From Spirochaetia bacterium (GTDB lineage Bacteria > Spirochaetota > Spirochaetia > SZUA-6 > Bin103): DNA of 64,000 nt. The translations under genes and the position numbers were made by a program. Below the pieces are notes generated by a model. The model saw nothing but the letters and a program-made list of their open reading frames with translations, was not told the origin of the DNA and ran no database searches. Below, in pieces: positions 49,226 through 56,549 of the stretch (positions are counted from its first letter, which is position 1; every line of letters starts with the position of its first letter). The stretch lies in the NCBI GenBank assembly GCA_965203905.1, contig CBDBDQ010000005.1, forward strand, positions 4,800,001 through 4,864,000, in the 5' to 3' direction.

Positions 49226-50230
49226 ATGAGAGCCTATCTCATCAGGCGGTTATTGCTCATAATCCCCACCCTGTTCATATTGACCATCATAGTCTTTGTT
49301 ACGGTCCGCTTTATCCCCGGCGATGTAATAGACACAATGGTGGCTGAGATGAATACTTTCCAACCAGGGACGATTGACCGTGAAGCTCTGGAGCGTCAGC
49401 TGGGACTAGACGTGCCTGTCTACGTGCAGTATGGACGCTGGATAGGAGTGTTGCCGACCCCTGATCGGATTACCGGTGAGCCCCACTTTAAAGGCCTCCT
49501 CCAGGGCACCTTTGGCGAATCACTGTTTGGCGCTGCTTTTGCGATAGAGGAGATCATAATCGGGAGATTGCCAGTAACCATTGAGCTTGGTGCTCTGTCA
49601 ATCGTAATTGGGCTCGTTATAGCCCTTCCCGTCGGCGTCTACTCGGCGATCCGCCAGGACACCGCCGCCGATTACGTAGGGCGCACCGCCGCCATCATCG
49701 GCTTGGCAACGCCGAACTTCTGGCTCGGAATCATGGTCATGCTCTACCCGGCAATCTGGTGGGGCTGGTCGCCGCCGATGGAGCTGATTCCCTTCAAGGA
49801 AGACCCGCTGGGGAATCTCGGGATGTTCCTCATTCCGGCCCTGATTCTGGGCACGGCCCTTGCTGCCAGCACCATGCGGATGACCCGCACCATGATGCTG
49901 GAGGTGCTCAGGCAGGACTATATCAGGACCGCCTGGTCGAAAGGGCTCAGGGAACGGGTAGTTGTCATGCGGCACGCCATCAAGAATGCCCTCATCCCGG
50001 TAGTTACCTTGGTCGGCCTGCAGCTCCCCCTCCTGGTAGGTGGCTCCGTTATCATGGAGCAAATATTCGCTCTGCCGGGGATAGGCCGTATGTTTGTGGA
50101 TGCGCTCGATAGCAGAGACTATCCGGTAGTCTCCGCCATAAACCTGGTTTTTGCTGCCGTGGTTTTGGGGATCAATCTCGTGATCGACCTGATTTATGCT
50201 TTCCTGGACCCCAGGGTTCGGTATCAATAA
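49226..50230 (+). CDS. Peptide ABC permease (DppB-like), paralog 2
   Basis: Same motifs as 42387-43358. Confidence 0.93.
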   Translation: MRAYLIRRLLLIIPTLFILTIIVFVTVRFIPGDVIDTMVAEMNTFQPGTIDREALERQLGLDVPVYVQYGRWIGVLPTPDRITGEPHFKGLLQGTFGESLFGAAFAIEEIIIGRLPVTIELGALSIVIGLVIALPVGVYSAIRQDTAADYVGRTAAIIGLATPNFWLGIMVMLYPAIWWGWSPPMELIPFKEDPLGNLGMFLIPALILGTALAASTMRMTRTMMLEVLRQDYIRTAWSKGLRERVVVMRHAIKNALIPVVTLVGLQLPLLVGGSVIMEQIFALPGIGRMFVDALDSRDYPVVSAINLVFAAVVLGINLVIDLIYAFLDPRVRYQ

Positions 50231-50245
50231 AGGAAAACGGCGAGT

Positions 50246-51160
50246 ATGAGTGATAAACCATCAGCAGGAAGTGAGCCAAAGAAACGTGCCCGGCTGGCTG
50301 ACTTATTGATGAGGCTGATCAAGGAGAAGCCACTCGGTACGTTCTGCGGGATTGTCGTAGTGATACTGCTTTTCGTGGCCATCTTCGCCGATGCACTGGC
50401 GCCTTATTCCTATAAGGAAATGCACCTGATCGACAGGCTTAAGGGCCCGTCATCCCAGTATCTTCTGGGTACCGACCAGGTGGGACGGGACTTGCTCAGC
50501 CGCCTGATGATCGGGGCTCGTATCTCCGTATTTGTCGGCCTGGCCGCGACTGCGCTGAATGTCGTCGTCGCTGTCCTGGTCGGCGGCACTTCCGGATTCC
50601 TTGGGGGTAGATTGGATCTGGCGGTGCAGCGCTTTGTCGATGCCTGGATGGCGTTTCCGGGATTGCTGCTGTTGCTCACCATCATGTCCATTGTGGGAAG
50701 GGGTACCCTCCAGATCATCGTGGTCCTGGGGATCGCCGGAGGCATCAGCGGCTCGAGAGTCATGAGAAGCGCCGTGATCGGTATCAAGGAGAATGACTTT
50801 TTTGTGGCGGCTCAGGCCGTGGGCACCCCGACGAGCAAAATCCTGAGCCACCATGTCCTGCCCAATATCATGGCCCCGGTCATCATTGTCTTCTCGATCA
50901 ACATCGGAGGGGTGATCATGTCCTTGGCCGCTCTGGGCTTCCTCGGCTACGGTCTGCCACCCACCATTCCTGACTGGGGCGGCATGCTCAGCCGGGAAGG
51001 GCGCAGGTACATGGAGCAGGCCCCGTGGCTGGCGCTCTGGCCAGGGCTGTGCCTGACGATTGTGGTGTACAGTTTCAACATGTTGGGGGACGCCCTCAGG
51101 GACCTGCTCGATCCGCGGCTGCGGGGTGGCGCCGCGGGCAGCGGCGCCACGTCGGTTTGA
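50246..51160 (+). CDS. Peptide ABC permease (DppC-like), paralog 2
   Basis: Same motifs as 43351-44418. Confidence 0.93.
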   Translation: MSDKPSAGSEPKKRARLADLLMRLIKEKPLGTFCGIVVVILLFVAIFADALAPYSYKEMHLIDRLKGPSSQYLLGTDQVGRDLLSRLMIGARISVFVGLAATALNVVVAVLVGGTSGFLGGRLDLAVQRFVDAWMAFPGLLLLLTIMSIVGRGTLQIIVVLGIAGGISGSRVMRSAVIGIKENDFFVAAQAVGTPTSKILSHHVLPNIMAPVIIVFSINIGGVIMSLAALGFLGYGLPPTIPDWGGMLSREGRRYMEQAPWLALWPGLCLTIVVYSFNMLGDALRDLLDPRLRGGAAGSGATSV

Positions 51161-51420
51161 GAGAGTGCGCGTGGGCTCCGCTCCCGGGCCTAACGCCGGG
51201 CGCACGGTGACCTCCACCCGCGGCTCCCTCCCTGGCCCCACGGGTGGCCATGCAGCTCCCGGCCCGCGACAGGACATCGTGGGCTGGGAGCCCGGCGGCT
51301 ATTCCGGAGGCGCGCCGGGAACGCGGCCGACCAGGTCGACGAGCGCCGGGGATGGGTATGGGCGTGACTTGGCCGGTCAGCTCGAAGCGGCACGGAACGA
51401 TCGACCCATCACGCCAATCG

Positions 51421-51555
51421 TTACGGGGACAGGGCGAGTCTGAGGCCGGCGTCGAGGGCGGTCAACCGCCGGGCACTGAGGGCGCCAAGCCGCTCGTTGA
51501 GTTCGGAACCACGGGGCTCGGCCAGCGATGCCCACCAGATCTCACCCCTCCGCAC
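51421..51555 (-). pseudogene. MazF/PemK toxin with a large in-frame internal deletion (44 aa)
   Basis: VRRGEIWWASLAEPRGSE is joined directly to LNERLGALSARRLTALDAGLRLAL; the RP.VV catalytic core is missing. Confidence 0.85.
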
Positions 51556-51781
51556 CGGACCCTTCCCGGATTGACCGGTATTGAAGTTCTGCCAGCGCCG
51601 GGTCCAACGTGGAGTCTTCGTTGGCAAGGACGGCGTTGATCTGCTCTGTTATCTGATCCTCCCGTTCCAGGTACTCCTGAACGGCTCGGGTATAGAGCTC
51701 GCTGCGGGAAATCGCGTGCCGTGCGGCGAACCGGTCAGCCCGCTCGAATAACGGATCCGGTATCGAGATCGCGGTCTTCAT
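51542..51781 (-). CDS. RHH antitoxin (ChpI/MazE-type)
   Basis: MKTAISIPDPLFERADRFA....ISRSELYTRAV.EYL...ITEQINAV; overlaps the toxin start. Confidence 0.85.
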   Translation of the reverse strand: MKTAISIPDPLFERADRFAARHAISRSELYTRAVQEYLEREDQITEQINAVLANEDSTLDPALAELQYRSIREGSGAEG

Positions 51782-51846
51782 AAGGCTGAGTATAGCCTTC
51801 CGCGCCACTCGACGTGAATGTCGTGCGTGTGTAAAAGCGCTAACCA

Positions 51847-52293
51847 CCGACAAGTACACGGTCGTGTTCAAGCTCACCGAGCCGCGCCTCGGCATGGTCC
51901 GTGAACCATGCGCACCGGCCAGATCGACATGATTCATCGTTTTGGCGGCGGCACCACGATCGGTAAAGTCGAGGTGGTCAAGGCGTTGCTGGGCACCAAT
52001 CCCGACATCCAGGTGGGCACCTGCTTCCAGCGTGCGCTGCAAGTGTCCGGTTTGAACATCCGTAAGCCGCCGTTCGATGACATCCGCTGCGCCAATTGCT
52101 CGACGAGGCCGGCTACCCGCGCGGCGCGGACGGGGTGCGCTTCAAGGTCACCTACGACTTCCGCCGTCGAGACCGCAGCCGGCTACTGGAAGGAGATCGG
52201 CGTGGAGGTGGAGATCACCCTCCACGATACCGGCAGCTGGGTCCCTCGCCGCGTCGACGGGCTCTACGACATGACTACCGGCGATCAAGCCTG
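51847..52293 (+). pseudogene. Multiply deleted near-identical relic of the binding-protein gene at 40403-42304
   Basis: Four joined segments match ~41052-41108, 41361-41548, 41726-41797 and 41824-41952. Confidence 0.9.
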
Positions 52294-52305
52294 ATAATGT
52301 GATCC

Positions 52306-52599
52306 GTGATACGGTCGTTTCGTGATCGCGGTACTGCGGGTGTCTTCGACGGATCTGACGACTCAGCGGCGCGAAGGTCCTGTCCGAGAGTCCTTTGGCC
52401 GGTGGCGCGACGCAAGCTGGACCAGATAAGTCGAGTCAGCGACATCCGAGAGTTGGCCGTCCCGCCTGGGAACCGGTTGGAATGACTGCGCGGGGCTCGC
52501 TCCGGTCAGTACAGCATCAGGATCAATGATCGGTACCGTATCTGTTTCCGTCGGGAGGCGGGCTATGCCGACGAGGTTGAAATCGCAGACTACCACTGA
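52306..52599 (+). pseudogene. higB: HigB (RelE-fold) toxin with an in-frame TGA at 52483
   Basis: VIRSFRD...ARRKLDQI...LAVPPGNRLE*LRGARSGQYSIRINDRYRICF...EVEIADYH. Confidence 0.88.
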
Positions 52600-52642
52600 G
52601 CCGCGCCCGGCCGGGCGAGCCACTACTGACGAGAGTCCACTG

Positions 52643-52933
52643 GTGGCGAAGCGGCTGCCGAGCGACAGGCCCCCGACCCATCCCGGCGAAATGCTTCTCG
52701 TGAGTCAGTCGGCGCTTGCCATCCGACTGGGTGTTTCGTTTCCCCGCCTGAACGAGGTCATTCGTGGCCGGCGCAGCGTGACACCGGACACGGCGTTAAG
52801 ATTGGCACGCGTTGTAGGCATGTCCGCGGACTTCTGGCTCGGGCTACAGCAGGATTGGGATCTCTGGCATGCCATGAGGAGTGACAAGGCGGCTGCAATT
52901 GCTGATCTGGAGCCGCTACGGCCACCACCGTAG
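52643..52933 (+). CDS. higA: HigA antitoxin (apparent short deletion after PGEMLL)
   Basis: PTHPGEMLL, SQSALAIRLGVSFPRLNEVIRGRRSVTPDTALRLA, FWLGLQ..WDL. Confidence 0.85.
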   Translation: MAKRLPSDRPPTHPGEMLLVSQSALAIRLGVSFPRLNEVIRGRRSVTPDTALRLARVVGMSADFWLGLQQDWDLWHAMRSDKAAAIADLEPLRPPP

Positions 52934-52951
52934 GCCGAACGCCGGGACCTC

Positions 52952-53224
52952 CTCGCTCCGCCGGCACCGCGCGTACAGAAAGCGGCGGTGGCAAACCCCG
53001 GCGTCGAGTCGGTGTGACGGCGTGCCGTTCAGAACCGGACCGTGACCATGTGCCATCGCGGTGTGGTGACTGCCGGCCGCTATCCGGCAGCGGCCGCGGA
53101 CCTGCGCATCATGACCGCTGGCGGCAATGCGATCTACGCGGTGGCCGCGCTGGGCATATGCCGACGCCGCGGGGCGCTGCCGAGTTTGCCCATCGGCCGC
53201 GAGGTGCCGCCGCTGATCCATTCA
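52952..53224 (+). pseudogene. Degenerate duplicate of 54547-54922 (end of the membrane-protein gene plus start of GGT)
   Basis: CTCGCTCCGCC...CAGAAAGCGGC.GTGGC, GCGTCGA.TCGGTGT and RGVVTAG.Y.A..A.LRIM.AGGNAI...IG.EVP.LI are all shared. Confidence 0.85.
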
Positions 53225-53231
53225 CTGCTCG

Positions 53232-53618
53232 TCACTCCGGGCGGATCCGCTGCTCAATCCAGATGCGGATTTCTTCGCGGCCGATTTGCGACGCCGCCGC
53301 GACGAGAGTCAACTGCTCCAGGGCATCGGTGTCGGCCTCGAGGCGATGGCCATTGGCGAGCAGGAACAGCTCGGTCGCCGCAATTGCGACTCTCTTGTTG
53401 CCATCCACGAACGCGTGGTTGCTGACCAACGAGTGCATCAAGGCTGCCGCCTTTTCCGCCACAGACACGTAGAGATCCTGACCGGCAAAGGACGCGGCGG
53501 GCCGAGCCAGTGCCGATTGCAGCAGCCCCCGATCCCGCAGACCGCCGGCGCCGCCGGTGGCGGCGAGCAGCGACCGATGGAGGTGGAGGATCTGCTGCTC
53601 ACCGAGATACTCGATCAT
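53232..53618 (-). CDS. doc: Doc/Fic-family toxin
   Basis: GLRDRGLLQSALARP, NHAFVDGNKRVA. Confidence 0.92.
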   Translation of the reverse strand: MIEYLGEQQILHLHRSLLAATGGAGGLRDRGLLQSALARPAASFAGQDLYVSVAEKAAALMHSLVSNHAFVDGNKRVAIAATELFLLANGHRLEADTDALEQLTLVAAASQIGREEIRIWIEQRIRPE

Positions 53619-53882
53619 TCATTCTCGATCGTCGCTGCCGCCGGCGAGGCGTTCGTACAGCTCTCGGCGCTCCTCGACGAGACGGTCCACCATTTTCCGG
53701 TATCGCGGTGACACCTTGCCATCCTCGAACAACTTGACTCCGGTGCGCACCACGAAACTCCCGTCACGCGGATCGACCGTCGCGTCGACCTCCATGCCGG
53801 GGCGCAAGGCGAACTCCTTGACCAGATCGTGTGGCAGGGTGACGGCAAGGCTGTTGCCGACGCGTACGAGCTTGCGCTTCAT
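53619..53882 (-). CDS. AbrB/MazE-fold antitoxin
   Basis: RKLVRVGNSLAVTLP; directly upstream of doc. Confidence 0.88.
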   Translation of the reverse strand: MKRKLVRVGNSLAVTLPHDLVKEFALRPGMEVDATVDPRDGSFVVRTGVKLFEDGKVSPRYRKMVDRLVEERRELYERLAGGSDDRE

Positions 53883-54045
53883 ACGTACAAAATACTAACG
53901 ACAGGGGCCGACCTCAAGCCCGAGCACGACACGCTGGATTGACGCCCCCTCCCGCTTCCATCTACCGTCCGCAATCGTGAATATTGGCCCGCCCCGATCG
54001 CGTCGGCTGGTTGACCGCGGTCGTTGGTGCCTATAGCGTGCTTCC

Positions 54046-54705
54046 ATGGAACGCGGGGCGGACGTCAGCTTCATCCATATTCGCCGCCTGACGCTGGCGA
54101 TCGTGGTCGGCCTCGCCATGGCGGTCATGCTCTACGCCGATCCGTTTCCGTTCTGGCACTATCCGTTCAGCTTCCTGGGACGTACCGTCAGCGAGAGCGG
54201 CGCCGCCAACCTGCCCGGTCTGATCGCCTACACCGCCACCATGCTTGTCAGCGGGGCGGTCATGCTGGGCTGCCGCCGCATGTACCGGTCGGCGACGGGG
54301 GTGCCGTATCGGCGTGCCGGTGAGCTGCTCTCCCTCGCCGCCGCCGTCGGCTTTTTCGCCAGCGTGGCGCCGTCCGACCTGCTGCCCTCGTTGCATAACC
54401 TGGGGTCGGGGATGGTGTTCGGTGCCCTCTGGTTCCTCGGTGGGTTGCTGCTGAGCCGTGCCGGACAGCTCCACGGGCTCGCGGTGATGGTGGCGGGCCA
54501 TCTGCTGCTGCAGGGTACGGTGCTGCCCTATGCGGCGTGGTACTTTCTCGCTCCGCCCGCTCCCGGCGTGCAGAAAGCGGCCGTGGCCGCCCTCATCCTG
54601 GTGCTGCTGGTCGGCAGCTACCTGACGCGCGACGTCCCCGCGGCCGAGGCGGCCATGCCCGCGGACGCCGCGGCGGTAGCCGACGCCAGCGTCGAATCGG
54701 TGTAG
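54046..54705 (+). CDS. Multi-pass membrane protein (possibly DUF998-like)
   Basis: About six hydrophobic segments, FSFLG motif and a conserved-looking LH. Confidence 0.6.
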   Translation: MERGADVSFIHIRRLTLAIVVGLAMAVMLYADPFPFWHYPFSFLGRTVSESGAANLPGLIAYTATMLVSGAVMLGCRRMYRSATGVPYRRAGELLSLAAAVGFFASVAPSDLLPSLHNLGSGMVFGALWFLGGLLLSRAGQLHGLAVMVAGHLLLQGTVLPYAAWYFLAPPAPGVQKAAVAALILVLLVGSYLTRDVPAAEAAMPADAAAVADASVESV

Positions 54706-54718
54706 GGTCGGGGCTACG

Positions 54719-56539
54719 ATGGGATTCAGAACGCGTCCGATTATCATGGGCCGCCGCGGCGTGGTGACCGCCGGCCACTACCTGGCGGCGTCCGCCGGCC
54801 TGCGCATCATGAGCGCCGGCGGCAACGCCATCGACGCGGCGGCGGCGATGGGCATCTGCCTGACGCTGCTGGAGCCGCAGAGCTGCGGCATCGGCGGCGA
54901 GGTGCCGACGCTCATCTACTCGGCGCGGGAGCGCAAGACCTTCGCCATTTCCGGTATGGGCTGGTCGCCGAAGGCGTTCACCGTCGACTGGTGCCGCGAC
55001 CACGGCATCGACCTGATTCCCGGCGACGGCTACCTGCCGGCGTGCGTCCCCGCGGTGGTCGACACCTGGGCCGTGGCGCTGGCGCGGTTCGGGACCATGA
55101 GCTGCGCCGAGATCCTGCAGCCCGCCATCGAGCTCGCCGAGCACGGCTTTCCCGTCTATGAGGGCCTCCGGCGCAGCCTGCACGCGAGTCGCACGAAGTA
55201 TGTCGAGCAGTACCCCACCACGGGTGCGATCTACGTGCCGGGCGGCACCGCGCCGCACGTGGGCGAAGCCCTGCACAACCCCGACTTCGGCGCCATGTTG
55301 CGCATCATGTGCCGGGCCGAGGCGGCCGCCGCGGGCCGCGGCCGCGTGGCGGGGATCGAGGCCGCCCGTGACGCCTTCTACCGCGGCGAAATCGCGGAAC
55401 GGATCGACCGCTTCATCGCCGATCATCCGGTGGCGGACGCCAGCGGCGCGCAGCACGCCGGGCTGCTGAGCTACGAGGACCTGGCCGAGTGGCGCGCCCG
55501 GGTGGAGGATCCGGTCACGCTGAACTACCGCGGGCTCGACGTCTTCAAGTGCTCATCCTGGACCCAGGGCCCGGTCTTTCTGCAGCAACTTGCCATTCTG
55601 TCGAACCTCGACCTCAAGGCCATGGGCCACAACTCCGCCGACTACCTGCACACCTGGATCGAGACCGCCAAGCTGGCGTTCGCGGACCGCGAGGCCTACT
55701 ACGGCGACCCCGACTTCGACGCGGTCCCGTTCGACGTGCTGCTCTCTGCCTCCTACGGTTTAACCCGCGCCGGACAGATCGGGCCGGCCGCCTCCCGGGA
55801 GTTGCGTCCCGGCGACCTGGGCAGCGGTGTTCCCGAGTACGCCACGCGCGGCGTGCACGACGACAACCGCCGCGCGCTGGGGACGGCGGGTCGCGCCGGG
55901 GACGCAGAGCACGATCCTGGCCGCCCGACCTCGCCGGCGGACGCACCGCACCTGGGGGACACCACCCACCTCGACGCGGTCGACGCCGAGGGCAACATGG
56001 TGGCAGCTACCCCAAGCGGCGGCTGGATCGGGTCGTCGCCGGTGATCGCCGGGCTGGGCTTCCCGCTCGGCACCCGCGGCCAGATGTTCTACCTCAACCC
56101 GCGGCGACCGAACGCCCTGCAGCCGCGCAAGCGGCCGCGCGCCACGCTCACCCCCACCATCGTCACCAGGGACGGCGACCCGTTCATGGCGTTCGGTACC
56201 CCCGGCGGCGACGGCCAGGACCAGTGGACGCTGCAGTTCTTCCTGAACTACGTGGAGTTCGGCATGGACCTGCAGCAGGCGCTCGACGCGCCGAGCGTCC
56301 ACACGACGCACTTTCCCTCGTCCTTCTATCCGCGCGAGGCACATCCGGGCCGCGTGCAAGCCGAGTCGCGCCTCCCCGCGGAGACGCTCGAGGCACTGCG
56401 CAGGCGCGGCCACGACATCGGGCTCGCCGATGGCTGGAGCAACGGCAAGGCGTTGGCAATCCACTGCCACGCCGACCGCGGCCTGATCGCCGGGGCAGCC
56501 ACGGCACGGAACAACATCGCCTACGCCATGGGCTGGTAA
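54719..56539 (+). CDS. ggt: Gamma-glutamyltransferase family (Ntn hydrolase)
   Basis: GGNAIDAA, GIGGE, FYRGEIA, LAFADR..YYGDP, nucleophile DTTH, PRKRPRATLTP, GTPGGD.Q. Confidence 0.92.
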   Translation: MGFRTRPIIMGRRGVVTAGHYLAASAGLRIMSAGGNAIDAAAAMGICLTLLEPQSCGIGGEVPTLIYSARERKTFAISGMGWSPKAFTVDWCRDHGIDLIPGDGYLPACVPAVVDTWAVALARFGTMSCAEILQPAIELAEHGFPVYEGLRRSLHASRTKYVEQYPTTGAIYVPGGTAPHVGEALHNPDFGAMLRIMCRAEAAAAGRGRVAGIEAARDAFYRGEIAERIDRFIADHPVADASGAQHAGLLSYEDLAEWRARVEDPVTLNYRGLDVFKCSSWTQGPVFLQQLAILSNLDLKAMGHNSADYLHTWIETAKLAFADREAYYGDPDFDAVPFDVLLSASYGLTRAGQIGPAASRELRPGDLGSGVPEYATRGVHDDNRRALGTAGRAGDAEHDPGRPTSPADAPHLGDTTHLDAVDAEGNMVAATPSGGWIGSSPVIAGLGFPLGTRGQMFYLNPRRPNALQPRKRPRATLTPTIVTRDGDPFMAFGTPGGDGQDQWTLQFFLNYVEFGMDLQQALDAPSVHTTHFPSSFYPREAHPGRVQAESRLPAETLEALRRRGHDIGLADGWSNGKALAIHCHADRGLIAGAATARNNIAYAMGW

Positions 56540-56549
56540 CCGGGTTGCC

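Noticed and set aside
45036-52293. RT plus a near-identical repeat pair (41361-41548 vs 51907-52090) as a diversity-generating retroelement
   Set aside because: The mismatches are not adenine-specific (C/T, T/G, A/C and A/G all occur). The RT has group II intron motifs and flanking ribozyme domains, and no Avd-like gene is present.
52483-52485. In-frame TGA in higB as selenocysteine or programmed readthrough
   Set aside because: The position is not a Cys-type catalytic site and neighbouring TA genes are also decaying, so a nonsense mutation is the simpler reading.
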